A DNA stretch of 64,000 bases from Desulfuromusa sp. (GTDB lineage Bacteria > Desulfobacterota > Desulfuromonadia > Desulfuromonadales > Geopsychrobacteraceae). Each line of letters starts with the position of its first letter. Position 1 is the first letter of the stretch. The stretch spans positions 6,843 to 70,842 of the forward strand of contig JASJGU010000129.1 in the NCBI GenBank assembly GCA_033791385.1, in the 5' to 3' direction. The notes beneath the pieces are model-generated. The model saw only the letters and a list, made by a program, of their open reading frames with translations. It had not been told where the DNA came from and did no database searches. Of the stretch, positions 40,920-52,124 are shown in pieces. The translations under genes and the position numbers were made by a program.

Positions 40920-41882
40920 TTAAGCCAATAACTGATTAGCCAGCTTTAGCAACATCGGATTGATCGGACGAATTCCTGATGATGTGACGGTCGCCAGATC
41001 GGTCAGAATAATATCAGCTCCTTTCAACCCGACCATCATTCCACCATTGCCCTTGATCAGGTTTTCTACTGCCGCCTGGCCGAATCGTGCTCCGAGCAGG
41101 CGGTCATAGACCGTGGGTGAGCCCCCTCGCTGATAATGACCGAGAACAATGACTCTTGTCTCAAAGCCGATCCGATCCTTAATCTGATTTGCAATATTTT
41201 CTGCCTTGCCAGCTCCTTCCGCAACCATAATAATCGAGTTACTGCGACCTTCTTGAAAGCGCCTGCGCAGATCACTGCAAATATCATCAAGATCGTAGGG
41301 TTCTTCTGGGATTAAGCTATATTCGGCACCAGCAGCAATGGTTGCGACGACAGTCAGGTAGCCACAATTTCTCCCCATAATTTCAACCACAAAGGCACGA
41401 TCATGGGAGGAGGCGGTGTCTTTTAGGTTGTCCACGGCACGGACGATATTATTCAATGCGGTGTCAACACCAAGTGATACATCGGTAAAGGAGATGTCAT
41501 TATCAATAGATGCGGGAATCCCAATGACCGGGATGCCTTGTTGGTGGATTGCATATCCTCCTTTAATCGAGCCGTCTCCGCCAATAACGATTAAACCTTC
41601 CACGCCCATCCCTTTTAGATTTTCACTGGCTAGGCGTAACCCAGATTCGGTACGCATCTCCTTACATCGTGCACTCTGCAAGACAGTTCCGCCGCGTTGC
41701 AGGATATTGCTCACTGATCTGGTACTCATGTTTTCATACAGCCGATCAATCAAACCTTGAAAGCCTTTCTGGATGCCAACAACTTCCAGGCCAGATGCTA
41801 ATCCGGAACGGACAACAGCACGAAGCGTTGCATTCATTCCAGAGCAGTCTCCACCACTAGTTAAAACAGCAATACGTTTCAT
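40920..41882 (-). CDS. pfkA: ATP-dependent 6-phosphofructokinase
   Basis: LTSGGD..GMNA, IGGDGS, SIDND, VEIMGR.CG, LGHYQRGGSP. Confidence 0.95.
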   Translation of the reverse strand: MKRIAVLTSGGDCSGMNATLRAVVRSGLASGLEVVGIQKGFQGLIDRLYENMSTRSVSNILQRGGTVLQSARCKEMRTESGLRLASENLKGMGVEGLIVIGGDGSIKGGYAIHQQGIPVIGIPASIDNDISFTDVSLGVDTALNNIVRAVDNLKDTASSHDRAFVVEIMGRNCGYLTVVATIAAGAEYSLIPEEPYDLDDICSDLRRRFQEGRSNSIIMVAEGAGKAENIANQIKDRIGFETRVIVLGHYQRGGSPTVYDRLLGARFGQAAVENLIKGNGGMMVGLKGADIILTDLATVTSSGIRPINPMLLKLANQLLA

Positions 41883-42000
41883 ATCAAATAACCTTTCAAA
41901 AATAGATGAGTTTTATTCCTACTCCGGGTAGATTCACTTCCAGTTAATAAGTTACTATAACCGTATATGTAGAATTAATCATTTTTTTAGAGGAATCCTT

Positions 42001-43482
42001 ATGTGTCGTATCTTTATTACAATTTCATTCATTGTTTCCTTAATTATTCCAGGACTGGTCTTTGCCCAGACACTTGTCGATAAGGTGCAGGAACATCGCC
42101 TTGAGAATGGCACGACGGTGCTTCTGGTAGAGCGACATGATTCCCCCACTGTTGCAGCTTATATCAGTTTCCGGGTGGGTGGAGCAAACGAAACCAGCCA
42201 AGAGCGTGGCGTTGCTCACCTATTGGAGCACATGTTGTTTAAGGGAACTAAAACCCTTGGAACGAAAGATTATGTGGCTGAGGAAAAACTGCTGCAGAAA
42301 ATTAAAACTGTCGGTCAGCAGATAGATTCCATAAAAAATCGTTCGGATGCTGACCCACAACAATTGCAGCAATTTCGTGATCAGCTTACTGTTTTGCAGA
42401 AAGAGCATCGGAAATTGGTGATTAAGGATGAGTTTTCTAAAATTTATGCGGAACATGGTGGGGTTGGATATAATGCTTATACCGGTAAAGATTCAACCAC
42501 TTATCTGATTAATTTGCCAGCCAATAAGCTGGAACTTTGGGCGTCGATTGAGTCCGATCGGCTGCAGAATGCGGTTTTCCGTGAATTTTACACCGAGCGT
42601 GACGTGGTCCATGAAGAAAGGAAACGTTCCTATGAGAGCAGTCCCGGTGGTTTGATGTATGAAACGCTGTTGGCGACTGCGTACAAGGTTCACCCCTATC
42701 GGTCCCCAGTCATCGGTTGGAACTCAGACATAGAAAATCTGGATCCAGATCGGATTCGTGAATTTTTTGACAAATATTATACTCCCGTGAATATGGTCAT
42801 TACTCTGGTTGGTGACTTTGAGAGCCAGGCCACGTTAAAAATGGTTGATCGTTATTTTGGAAAATTGAAGTCGGGGGTTCCGGTTCCGACCGTTGTCGAT
42901 AAAGAGCCTGAACAGCAAGGGGAGCGGCGTGCTTATATCAATTTTGCCGCTGAGCAGCAGCTGATGATCGCATTCCATAAGCCGACCATGCCAAACCGAG
43001 ACGATTATATTTTTGATATTCTTATGCAGGTTTTAAGTGAAGGAAGAACTTCACGACTCTATAAATCTCTGGTTGTTGAAAAACAGTTGGTGACAGATGT
43101 GGGTGTCTTTGGTGCTCCGGGTTCGCGTTACAGCAATCTGATGGTTCTCAGTTTGACGCCACGTTACAGCTGTTCTTGTACCGATGTGGAAGATGCCGTT
43201 TATGCTGAATTAGAGCGTTTAAAAGCGGAACCGCTTAGTCTTGCTGACCTTGATATTGCCCGGAAGCAGATTATGACATCAATTTTGCGTGGTTTAAGGG
43301 GAAACAGTGGCCTGGCAAGGATGTTATCCTCCTACCAGACGCTCGGCGATTGGCGTTATCTGGTTGATTACGAACAACATCTCAATTTGGTCACTGCGGA
43401 AGATGTCATGGCTGTTGCGAAACGCTATTTACATGCTGACAACCGGACGGTCGTGACCTTGCTCCGCGGGGAGCAGGGATAA
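42001..43482 (+). CDS. M16 family zinc peptidase, catalytic subunit
   Basis: Signal peptide, HLLEHMLFKGT (HxxEH), NAYTG.D.T.Y, HPY..PVIGW. Confidence 0.92.
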   Translation: MCRIFITISFIVSLIIPGLVFAQTLVDKVQEHRLENGTTVLLVERHDSPTVAAYISFRVGGANETSQERGVAHLLEHMLFKGTKTLGTKDYVAEEKLLQKIKTVGQQIDSIKNRSDADPQQLQQFRDQLTVLQKEHRKLVIKDEFSKIYAEHGGVGYNAYTGKDSTTYLINLPANKLELWASIESDRLQNAVFREFYTERDVVHEERKRSYESSPGGLMYETLLATAYKVHPYRSPVIGWNSDIENLDPDRIREFFDKYYTPVNMVITLVGDFESQATLKMVDRYFGKLKSGVPVPTVVDKEPEQQGERRAYINFAAEQQLMIAFHKPTMPNRDDYIFDILMQVLSEGRTSRLYKSLVVEKQLVTDVGVFGAPGSRYSNLMVLSLTPRYSCSCTDVEDAVYAELERLKAEPLSLADLDIARKQIMTSILRGLRGNSGLARMLSSYQTLGDWRYLVDYEQHLNLVTAEDVMAVAKRYLHADNRTVVTLLRGEQG

Positions 43483-44891
43483 TGCGTTATTTTTTATATT
43501 TAATAGTTGTTACTCTCCTGTTTGGATGCGGACCTAATCTTCTTAGCCAGCCGGATCGTCCAGACGATTTGAGTTTTCCACCGTTAGAATTCAGTTTCCC
43601 TGAGATTGCTCAACAGCAGTTGGACAATGGGATGAGACTCTATCTGAAAGAAGATAATGAGTTGCCGCTGATTGAATTAACTCTGCTGGTTGAGGGTGGT
43701 AGTATTTATGATCCATTAGATAAAACCGGTTTGTCACAGTTTTTTTCCCAGTCTTTGTCAACCGGAGGTACGGAGAATTTGACTCCGACACAACTTGAAA
43801 TTGAGTTGGAGGCAATGGCTGCAATCTTGACGGTTTCCAGCTCTTCATACGGTTATGAAATTAATCTTTCCTTAAACCAGGAAGATTTAGAGCGCGGAAT
43901 AGTTATTTTAGCAGATTTACTGCGGCGACCTCGTTTTGACACTGAACGGATGGAGCTGGTGCGCGCAGAAATGTTGGAGAACATTCATCGCAAAAATGAT
44001 GACCCAGGTTCAATCGCCGGCCGTCTTCTGTCTGCTGCTATCTATCCTGGACATCCGTTTGGAGCATATCCGACTGCAGAAATGGTTTCTGGGTTCACCC
44101 GGGATGATCTAGTGAAATTACATCGGCGTTATTTTCAGCCACAAAACTTTTGGTTGGCCGCTTCAGGTGATATTCAACTGAAGCAACTTGTCACGCTGCT
44201 CGAACAAAAACTCGGAGATTGGCACTCATCTGAAAATATGGTTCGTGAGTTGTCATCACTGCCACTGGCGCCTGCTGGAAGGATTCTCTTAGCCGATAAA
44301 GATATCCCGCAAACAACGATTTTGATGGGTCATCCAGGGGTCAATAAAGATAACCCTGATGTGTCAGCATTGCAGGTCGCAAATTATATTTTAGGTGGTG
44401 GCGGTTTTAACTCGCGAATGATGCGGGAAGTACGTTCTAATCGTGGACTGGCATACTCAGTTTATTCCTATTTTAAGGTTGGCCGACAGCTAGAGGAAAT
44501 GTTTATTGCCGGCAGCGAAACAAAATGTGCTTCAACTGTTGAAGTTGTTTCTCTGATGCAGCATTTAATCCAGCAAATGTGTGATGAGCCCGTATCGGCT
44601 GCTGAGCTTGATCTGGCTAAAAAAAGCCTGATCAACTCATTTGTTTTTGCTTTTTCCGACAGCCATTCGGTTGTCAGTCGTAAGGTTCGTCTTGATTTTT
44701 ATAGTTATCCTGCCGATTATCTGGAAAACTACCGGCAGAAAATAGATGCGGTGACTGTGGCAGATGTCCAGCGGGTTGCGCGTCAGTACTTGCATTCGGA
44801 TAAATTACAGATTGTGCTGGTTGGGAACAGTCATTTATATGCTGATGATATTAAGACTCTAGGCCTTCCGGTTGAAAATATTGAGTTATAA
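43482..44891 (+). CDS. M16 family peptidase, non-catalytic partner subunit (lipoprotein)
   Basis: Lipobox-like LFGC, no HxxEH, ILGGGGFNSRMMREVR..RGLAY; overlaps the upstream stop codon. Confidence 0.88.
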   Translation: MRYFLYLIVVTLLFGCGPNLLSQPDRPDDLSFPPLEFSFPEIAQQQLDNGMRLYLKEDNELPLIELTLLVEGGSIYDPLDKTGLSQFFSQSLSTGGTENLTPTQLEIELEAMAAILTVSSSSYGYEINLSLNQEDLERGIVILADLLRRPRFDTERMELVRAEMLENIHRKNDDPGSIAGRLLSAAIYPGHPFGAYPTAEMVSGFTRDDLVKLHRRYFQPQNFWLAASGDIQLKQLVTLLEQKLGDWHSSENMVRELSSLPLAPAGRILLADKDIPQTTILMGHPGVNKDNPDVSALQVANYILGGGGFNSRMMREVRSNRGLAYSVYSYFKVGRQLEEMFIAGSETKCASTVEVVSLMQHLIQQMCDEPVSAAELDLAKKSLINSFVFAFSDSHSVVSRKVRLDFYSYPADYLENYRQKIDAVTVADVQRVARQYLHSDKLQIVLVGNSHLYADDIKTLGLPVENIEL

Positions 44892-44920
44892 TAGACCGAT
44901 TCAGATCAAAGGTTGAAGGT

Positions 44921-46276
44921 ATGGTGACGTTCAAGGCATCACAATTGAAATGGCGTGAAAGAATAAAATTTCTTCTATGGGAACAGAACCCGACCGAATT
45001 ATCGCTGTTGCAACGGATCCTGTTACGTCAAATACAAACTGTAGCTTTGGTGCTAAGGGATTTTGGTGTTAATCAGTGTTTGCTACGTGCTTCAGCATTA
45101 ACTTATTATACGATGTTGTCACTGGTACCGCTGTTGGCTTTGACGTTTGCACTGTTGAAGGCATTTGGGGTGCAGAATTTACTTCAGCCTTTGATCATCG
45201 AAAAGTTGAATGTTGGTGATGGGCAGGTCGCTGATGTTATTCTTGGCTATATCAATAACACTCAGGTTACGCAACTCGGAACTGTCGGGTTGATTTTTCT
45301 GATTGTTGCAGTTGTCTCTTTATTGACCAATGTTGAAATATCGTTCAATTATATATGGGGCGTGAAAAATATTCGTCCACTATTGCGTCGGTTTGCTGAT
45401 TATTTGTCAGTTATCCTGGCGGGGCCGGTACTTATCATCAGTGCCATCTCCATGACTTCTACGCTAGCTAGTAACAGGCTAATGCAAAAGTTGATTGAGA
45501 TGCAGATGGTCGGTAATCTTGTTTTACTTCTTTTTAAAATAGCGCCATTTATATTCATGTGGTTAGCCTTCACCGGGCTTTATATTTTTATGTCAAATAT
45601 TAAAGTTGAATGGCGCGCTGCATTCATAGGTGGGGTGGTTGGTGGCACATTGTGGCAGATTGCTCAGGTTGGCTACGTCCATTTTCAGGTTGGTGTCGGG
45701 CGCTATAATGCTATCTATGGAACTATGGCAGCACTGCCGATATTTATGGTCTGGCTTTATCTATCCTGGGTCATCGTGTTGTTTGGTCTTGGTGTTTGTT
45801 ATGCTAAACAGAATCTACGTACGAGCGGGCGAGATCTGCGTGGGTCTGAGGTCAGTCGTAACAACTTTAGGCAGGTTGCGTTGGCACTGCTGGTCACCCT
45901 TGCAGATCGCTTTGCTAAAGGGGAACCAGCATTAAGTAACGAGCAGTTGGCTAAGTTTTTGTTTATTCCTCCCCGGCTTTGCCGCAGTATTCTTAATCTT
46001 TTAATAAAAATAGGATTTGTATCAGAACTCTGCTCTCTTTCCGGTCGCTGTCAATACCAGCTTGGACGTTCCGCAGAAAATCTGAGTGTGGCTGAAATAC
46101 TGAAAAAAATGGGCGATTTTGGTGAAGAGGCATTATATCTGCGTCCACATCCACAAACATTGATCGCTTTTGAAACCTGTCAGAGTGTGGAAGTTATGCT
46201 CAATGAGGGTTTGGATGGGACAACGTTGAAAGACTTGGTTGACCGCTGTCAGGAGCCGATTGAGAGCGGACCGTAA
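44921..46276 (+). CDS. YihY/virulence factor BrkB family membrane protein with a C-terminal winged-helix-like extension
   Basis: RASALTYYTMLSLVP, E.SFN.IW, YNAIYG..AALPIF..WLY.SW. Confidence 0.88.
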   Translation: MVTFKASQLKWRERIKFLLWEQNPTELSLLQRILLRQIQTVALVLRDFGVNQCLLRASALTYYTMLSLVPLLALTFALLKAFGVQNLLQPLIIEKLNVGDGQVADVILGYINNTQVTQLGTVGLIFLIVAVVSLLTNVEISFNYIWGVKNIRPLLRRFADYLSVILAGPVLIISAISMTSTLASNRLMQKLIEMQMVGNLVLLLFKIAPFIFMWLAFTGLYIFMSNIKVEWRAAFIGGVVGGTLWQIAQVGYVHFQVGVGRYNAIYGTMAALPIFMVWLYLSWVIVLFGLGVCYAKQNLRTSGRDLRGSEVSRNNFRQVALALLVTLADRFAKGEPALSNEQLAKFLFIPPRLCRSILNLLIKIGFVSELCSLSGRCQYQLGRSAENLSVAEILKKMGDFGEEALYLRPHPQTLIAFETCQSVEVMLNEGLDGTTLKDLVDRCQEPIESGP

Positions 46277-46290
46277 AGGAATAAAAAGAC

Positions 46291-46989
46291 TCAGGAAGAG
46301 TAGCTCATCAACTTGATTTCACCATTCACCATCTCTGCATAAGAAAATTGCTCGATCCAATCGCCTAGCGCAATAATTTTTACACCGCGATGTTCTATAT
46401 CGAGCGGATGATGAAAATGCCCACAAATCACAATATTACTGTGACTGATTTCTGAAAATGGTATTAAGTATTGAGTGGGATCGTAATGATGATTTTCCGG
46501 CTTGTTTTTCGAACTTTTATTGCTTAGCCAGATAGCGAACGACCAGACTATGTCAGGGTGAATAACCTTCGAGAGGAACTTAATCGGCCAACTGCGCCAG
46601 AGTGAACGCAGACGTTGATAATTACGATCCGGGTTAAGCAGGTCACCATGACTGAGCATGATTTTTTGACCATCCCAGTTTATCAACTGTTGATCAGGAA
46701 TTACGGTACAATTGAGTGTTTCAGTAAAATAGGGGCCAAGGTTGAAATCATGATTTCCTTCAACGAAATAAAGTTTTGTACCGCTTTTTGACAGTTGATG
46801 TAATTTCTCCAACAAGGGAATGTAAACTGTAAATACCAGGTGTTTATAGCCGAGCCAGAACTCAAAAATGTCACCGAGCAGAAAAAGGGCATCAAGATCT
46901 TTTTGCTGGTTGAGAAAGTCGAGTAAAAGCTGATAATTATTATCCTGCGGATGACGCAGGTGGGCATCGGATAAAAATATTGCTCTCAT
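46291..46989 (-). CDS. lpxH: UDP-2,3-diacylglucosamine hydrolase
   Basis: FLSDAHL, LGDIFEFW, GNHD, HGD, GHFH, LGDW metallophosphoesterase motifs; start moved to MRAIF. Confidence 0.85.
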   Translation of the reverse strand: MRAIFLSDAHLRHPQDNNYQLLLDFLNQQKDLDALFLLGDIFEFWLGYKHLVFTVYIPLLEKLHQLSKSGTKLYFVEGNHDFNLGPYFTETLNCTVIPDQQLINWDGQKIMLSHGDLLNPDRNYQRLRSLWRSWPIKFLSKVIHPDIVWSFAIWLSNKSSKNKPENHHYDPTQYLIPFSEISHSNIVICGHFHHPLDIEHRGVKIIALGDWIEQFSYAEMVNGEIKLMSYSS

Positions 46990-47046
46990 AACCACGACTA
47001 TAAAGAGCTGATTGGCGGTTGTCAATTTACAAACAAGGAGAAACTT

Positions 47047-47436
47047 ATGGAATATCCAATGATTCACATCTGTTATCGGGTTATGGATCTAGAGGCCTCG
47101 GAAAAATTTTATCGAGAAGCTTTTGGCTTTGCAGTATCACGAAAAAAAGATTATCCGGAGGGCCGCTTTACTCTCAGCTACATGACCTCTGTCGGACTGC
47201 CGTTTGAACTGGAATTGACCTACAATTATGATCAGAAGGAGCCCTATGTTATAGGTAATGGGTATTCGCACCTTGCGGTTGCTACGGCGGATCTGGAAGC
47301 GTCACACAAAAGGCACACGGAGATGGCTCTTGCAGTCACTCCCTTAAAGGGCTTGGTTGCTGGGAAACCACGTTTTTACTTTATAACCGATCCTGATGGT
47401 TATCTGGTTGAAGTGGTCCGTCGCACTTCATTGTAA
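47047..47436 (+). CDS. gloA: Lactoylglutathione lyase (glyoxalase I)
   Basis: IH.CYRV.DLE.S.KFY, ELELTYN, GNGYSHLA, DPDGY.VE. Confidence 0.88.
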   Translation: MEYPMIHICYRVMDLEASEKFYREAFGFAVSRKKDYPEGRFTLSYMTSVGLPFELELTYNYDQKEPYVIGNGYSHLAVATADLEASHKRHTEMALAVTPLKGLVAGKPRFYFITDPDGYLVEVVRRTSL

Positions 47437-47500
47437 TAGAACGTTATGTTGAACCTCATCAGCCCCACTGGAACGTTCTGATGGGTGCTATGGAGAAAAA

Positions 47501-48271
47501 ATGACAGTTGATGATTTGATGGAGAAGGGCTTACGTGCCCTTGATGAAGGGGAAGCTCAAGCAGCAGCTCGATACTTCCAGCAGGTTACTGAGATGGAGG
47601 GGTCTGCCGAAGCTTGGTTGCTGCTCGCAACTGCGCAAATTGAAAACGGTTCCTTTGCAAAGGCACATAAAAGCCTCGCTGCTGGTTTGAGGTTTGAAGC
47701 TGGTGATATTGATCTGTTATTTTCTCTGGGTGATCTCTACCTTGAAGAGGGAAATAATGGTAAAGCAATCGCGACCTACCAGCAGATCATTGATCTGGAC
47801 GCAGAAGAAGTGGATGCCTGGATCAGTATGGCGGTAGCTCAGATGAATAACCACGATCTAGAGTGTGCTGAGAAAACATGCCGTCAGGCGCTTAAAAGGG
47901 ATGCAGAGTCGGCATTTGCGCATAATGCTCTGGGGGATATCTGTATTGCAACAAACAGAGCAGGGGAGGCAATGAAATCCTTTCAACAAGCGATAAAACT
48001 TGATTCATCAGACCCTCAGCCCTACTTGAGCCTGGCTGAACTATATTATGATTCCAACGATCTGGATCATGCCGAAGAATATTGTCAGCGAGGCCTGGAA
48101 TTAGATGCTGGATTGGCTCCAGGCTATCTGACTCTTGGCTACATCTGTCTGGATCAGGATCGTACTCAAGAGGCAATAGATCATTTCCAGCAGTTTTTGC
48201 GTTTGGAGAAAAGTCCTGCGGCGAAGAATATCCGCGACGAGGTTTCTGCTGTAATCGAAGGTCTCAAATAG
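47501..48271 (+). CDS. Tetratricopeptide repeat protein
   Basis: Repeated 34-aa A/L-G...A...F/Y..A..LD patterns. Confidence 0.85.
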   Translation: MTVDDLMEKGLRALDEGEAQAAARYFQQVTEMEGSAEAWLLLATAQIENGSFAKAHKSLAAGLRFEAGDIDLLFSLGDLYLEEGNNGKAIATYQQIIDLDAEEVDAWISMAVAQMNNHDLECAEKTCRQALKRDAESAFAHNALGDICIATNRAGEAMKSFQQAIKLDSSDPQPYLSLAELYYDSNDLDHAEEYCQRGLELDAGLAPGYLTLGYICLDQDRTQEAIDHFQQFLRLEKSPAAKNIRDEVSAVIEGLK

Positions 48272-48298
48272 CTAGTTTTTTGCATTGTAGAACTCAAA

Positions 48299-49144
48299 AT
48301 GAATCTACGTACTGAAACGCACAACATCCTTTATATTTCTTCAGGCGCTGCAACACTCGCCTTGGGGGTTGTGTTGTTTCTGGCGCCCAACAGAATTGCC
48401 ACAGGTGGAACGCCGGGGATGGCGATTCTGTTGAATTATCTGATTAACTTGCCGATCGGTAGTTTGATGTTGCTGATCAATCTGCCGTTATTGCTGGTGA
48501 GTGGTAAAATACTCGGAAAAGCATTTGCCTTTCGTTCTGTTTCCGCAATCCTTCTGACTTCCCTACTTATTGACCTATTTTCTGAAATTTTACACTTTCC
48601 GGCGCTCAGTCATAATACTTTGTTGGCAACTCTGTATGGTGGTATCGCTGTAGGGGTTGGAGTTGGTTTGATTTTGCGTGGCAATGCCTCGGCTGGCGGC
48701 ACCACAATTCTTGCCCGGCTGGTTGCAGCCCGTAGTCAGTATAAACCAGGGCAGGTGATTCTGGCTTTTGATGTTTTTATCATCGTTGCTTCTGGATTTG
48801 TGTTTCAGGATATTGAGCGTGCTCTCTGGAGTATGATCAGTATTTATGTGACATCTAAGTGTATTGATATGATTCTGACCGGAACTTTATCTGAAAAGGT
48901 AGTCCATATCGCATCCAACAGAGCTGATTTGCTCAGCCAGAAGATTATTGAACAACTCGGGCAACAGGGAACCATTCTCACGGGTACCGGACTGTATAAG
49001 GAAGAACAGAAAACCTTGATATTCGTAACTGTTGAGGCGCGGCAAATCACCTTGCTGCGAGATATTATTCGCAATAATGATCCGGATGCTTTTATGGTTG
49101 TTATGGACGCCGCCGAAATGCTTGGTCGAGGGCACGGAGTGTAA
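48299..49144 (+). CDS. YitT family membrane protein
   Basis: FLAPN.IATGG..G, NLPLL, ASAGGT, DP.AF.VV..A.E..G.G. Confidence 0.9.
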   Translation: MNLRTETHNILYISSGAATLALGVVLFLAPNRIATGGTPGMAILLNYLINLPIGSLMLLINLPLLLVSGKILGKAFAFRSVSAILLTSLLIDLFSEILHFPALSHNTLLATLYGGIAVGVGVGLILRGNASAGGTTILARLVAARSQYKPGQVILAFDVFIIVASGFVFQDIERALWSMISIYVTSKCIDMILTGTLSEKVVHIASNRADLLSQKIIEQLGQQGTILTGTGLYKEEQKTLIFVTVEARQITLLRDIIRNNDPDAFMVVMDAAEMLGRGHGV

Positions 49145-49171
49145 CGGATATGATTAACCACAAGGGATTCT

Positions 49172-51130
49172 ATGGGAATAGCAGCTGACATCATCATTAT
49201 ATTCGTTGCGGCACTGCTTGGTGGCTTGATTGCGCAAAAAATGCGTCAACCATTATTGCTTGGTTACCTCCTTGTCGGGGTTATCATTGGTCCTTTTTCT
49301 GTGGGTCTCGTCTCTGACCCCCACGATGTTGAAAAACTTGCGGAAATTGGTGTTGCTCTATTGCTGTTTGCACTTGGGCTGGAATTTTCACTGCAGGACT
49401 TAAAACCGGTCAAATATGTCGCACTGATCGGCGGTCCGATTCAAATTTTGTTGACCATTGGATATGGTTACCTGATTGGTGGTTGGCTCGGCTGGGAGAA
49501 TGGTCCATCTCTCTGGCTCGGTGGTCTCATTTCCCTTTCAAGTACCATGGTGATCCTGAAAACATTGATGGCTCAGGGAATGATAGGAACCTTGTCTAGC
49601 CGGGTGATGATTGGTATCTTGATTGTTCAGGATCTGGCCGTTGTTCTGTTGTTGATTCTCTTGCCCCAATTATCCAATCCCGCAGCCGGTCTGCCAGTTT
49701 TAACCCTCGCTTTGCTCAAATCAATCATTTTCCTGGCTGTTATGCTGTTGCTTGGGACGCGGTTGTTGCCACGGTTGCTTGCAATTATTGCCCGTGGGAA
49801 TTCCCGAGAACTGTTTCTCCTGACGATTATTGCGATCGGACTGGGAATTGGTTACGCAACTTATCTACTCGACCTTTCTTTTGCTTTTGGTGCATTTGTT
49901 GCGGGTATGGTGTTAAGTGAATCAGATTATGGTCACCAGGCATTAAGTGACGTCATTCCATTACGGGATCTATTTGGTCTTCTTTTCTTTACCTCGGTCG
50001 GTATGCTTCTGAATCCGGTGTTTTTACTTGAAAACTGGTCAGGAATCTTACAGCTTGTGCTGTTGGTTGCAATCGGTAAAAGTTTGATCATGGCAGTCAT
50101 TGTTCGTAGCTTCGGCTACGGTAATGTCATTCCTCTGGCTGTTGGTTTGGGGATGTTTCAAATCGGTGAGTTTTCTTTTGTCTTAGGTCGGGTTGGAATT
50201 GATGGTGGTTTTCTGGATTATGAGCAATATTCCTATGTGTTGTCGGCGACGATTATAAGTATGTTGATCACGCCCTTGGCATCAGCCTGTACCGTGCCAC
50301 TCTATAGTTTGAAAAAGCGTTATTTCAAAAAAGAAATTTTGGAGACAATTAACATCCCACAAGGGGGATTGCACGGACATATTGTCATCGCCGGCGGCGG
50401 GCGGGTTGGCCAGCACGTGGCCTATATACTGGCGCAACTTGAAGTCCCTTTTGTTATTATCGAACTAGGACATCGGACCATAGCAGACTGTAGGCAAAAT
50501 GGTTATCCAGCGATCTATGGCGATGCTTCTCAACCGGTTGTTCTTGAAGCGGCTAATCTTGCAGAAGCAAAACAACTCCTGATCACTATCCCCCATATTA
50601 CAACGACCGAAACAATCGTCCATTTTGTGCGTCGACAGCGCCCTGATTTGAATATAGTCGTGCGCTCGGTTGGAGCTGAACAGATGGAAGCACTCTATGC
50701 CGAGGGAGTGTCTATGGTTATTCGTCCTGAGTTGGAAGCGGGTCTGGAAATAGCACGGCAGGTATTGCTGAATTTAAATATCCCCGTACCAACTATTCAG
50801 AAATTTACCGATGCTGCCCGGCAGGATCATTATCAGCAACTATCTGACGATCGGGCTGGCCTGGACAATATCCGCTTGCTACAGAAGGCACGGGATTCTC
50901 TCGAATTGAGTTGGGAGGAATTAAATACAGAGAGTTCTTTAGTTGGCCGCAGCCTACGCCAGCTAGATGTTCGACAAAGCACCGGAGCTTCAGTCGTTGG
51001 GGTCATGCGTGGTGGGGATTTTATCGCCAACCCTTCTGCAGATCTGGTTTTTCAGGTAGGCGATATGATTGCATCTATTGGCCGTCCGCAACAATGCAAT
51101 TGGCCGCGGGAGACAGCCGAAAGAGGATAA
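49172..51130 (+). CDS. CPA2 family cation:proton antiporter with TrkA-N/TrkA-C domains (Kef/YbaL-like)
   Basis: [47 protein letters not shown]. Confidence 0.92.
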   Translation: MGIAADIIIIFVAALLGGLIAQKMRQPLLLGYLLVGVIIGPFSVGLVSDPHDVEKLAEIGVALLLFALGLEFSLQDLKPVKYVALIGGPIQILLTIGYGYLIGGWLGWENGPSLWLGGLISLSSTMVILKTLMAQGMIGTLSSRVMIGILIVQDLAVVLLLILLPQLSNPAAGLPVLTLALLKSIIFLAVMLLLGTRLLPRLLAIIARGNSRELFLLTIIAIGLGIGYATYLLDLSFAFGAFVAGMVLSESDYGHQALSDVIPLRDLFGLLFFTSVGMLLNPVFLLENWSGILQLVLLVAIGKSLIMAVIVRSFGYGNVIPLAVGLGMFQIGEFSFVLGRVGIDGGFLDYEQYSYVLSATIISMLITPLASACTVPLYSLKKRYFKKEILETINIPQGGLHGHIVIAGGGRVGQHVAYILAQLEVPFVIIELGHRTIADCRQNGYPAIYGDASQPVVLEAANLAEAKQLLITIPHITTTETIVHFVRRQRPDLNIVVRSVGAEQMEALYAEGVSMVIRPELEAGLEIARQVLLNLNIPVPTIQKFTDAARQDHYQQLSDDRAGLDNIRLLQKARDSLELSWEELNTESSLVGRSLRQLDVRQSTGASVVGVMRGGDFIANPSADLVFQVGDMIASIGRPQQCNWPRETAERG

Positions 51131-51169
51131 AACAAAAAGGCTACCGGAATGCTGGCAGCCTTTTTTGTT
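51131..51169. terminator. Bidirectional Rho-independent terminator
   Basis: aacaaaaaggctaccgg-aatg-ctggcagccttttttgtt. Confidence 0.8.
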
Positions 51170-51194
51170 AATCGAAGTTTGTATGAAATGAGCT

Positions 51195-51479
51195 TTACTT
51201 GCCAGCAGCAGCGCGTTTTGCTGCTTTCAGCGGGTTGACTCTGACGTCATCTACCTTCAGATCAATCTTTTTGTGGGTTGCAAAGTTACACAAGCCTTTA
51301 GCCCATTTTGCTGCAGGGTCTGGATAAGCAGTACAAACTTCGCCAATGGTACCTGTGGCGATACGTTCGCATCCTTGACATTCTTCTACTATGACTTTGC
51401 AGCTTCCATCTTGGGCGCTACAGCCAGATTTTTTCCAGAAGCTACACTCGATCCCTGCGAGAACTGTTTGGCATTTCAT
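51195..51479 (-). CDS. PxxKW family cysteine-rich protein
   Basis: C...G.EC.F....GC.....C..IVE.C.GC..., YPDPAAKWAKGLCNFATH, VNPLKAAKR. Confidence 0.88.
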   Translation of the reverse strand: MKCQTVLAGIECSFWKKSGCSAQDGSCKVIVEECQGCERIATGTIGEVCTAYPDPAAKWAKGLCNFATHKKIDLKVDDVRVNPLKAAKRAAAGK

Positions 51480-51599
51480 GTTGTTATTCCTCTCTATCTT
51501 TAAAACTTTAGTTCAAATTCGGAACTCGTACTAATAGCGAATTTAGTATGTAGAGTCAATATTTATTTCAACATGTTTTTCTGAAAAGCAGCAATATTT

Positions 51600-51642
51600 A
51601 TGCTCTCGAAATAATCCCGATCTCCGGTGTTGCAGCAGTTTT
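51600..51642 (+). repeat. Left-end fragment of the MITE family seen at 24063-24214
   Basis: cccgatctccggtgttgcagcagtttt matches cccgatctacggcgttgcggcagtttt (24079-24105) at 24 of 27 positions. Confidence 0.7.
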
Positions 51643-51699
51643 AGGAATGTGGCAGATCAAAAAAATCTACATCCCCTATTAAGGGTCATTTTTTCAGTG

Positions 51700-52124
51700 T
51701 TGTTTGTCAAGGCGCTGAGAACCACCGTGGCAATAGTTGAGATGTTGTAGGGTTTTTGAATAAATCAACTTGCCCCTAGAACGAGAGTTTTTCTGACATC
51801 CTGATTATCCGCATAGCCACTGGCAAAGAGGGCTTTTTGTTGTGGGTAAAGTCCAATAATTCGTTCACCCTTGCTATGGGGAGGGGATGATTCCATCACC
51901 GTATCGGTTGAGTCGTTCTTTTCTTCTGTGGTTGCAGGGAAAAAAAGTTCAAAAATGGTTCTGTGTGGACTACTTTCAGCAGTGATTCCGCCATCCTGGG
52001 CTTGAAGCGTATTCCAGACAATGGCTAATCCCAGCCCTGTACCACTGATCCCCATTTCATTTTTTGTGTAAAAGGGCTCAAAAATTTTGGGAAAATGCTT
52101 GATATGACAATGAGAATACAGAAT
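51700..52124 (-). pseudogene. Remnant of a hybrid histidine kinase (end of HATPase_c plus a truncated receiver domain)
   Basis: [28 protein letters not shown], then YPQQKALFASGYA...GAS*FIQKPY. N-terminus missing, receiver internally deleted, in-frame TGA. Confidence 0.8.

Noticed and set aside
51765-51767. In-frame TGA in the receiver-domain remnant as selenocysteine
   Set aside because: The position is not a Cys site and the gene is otherwise truncated and deleted, so this is a nonsense mutation.
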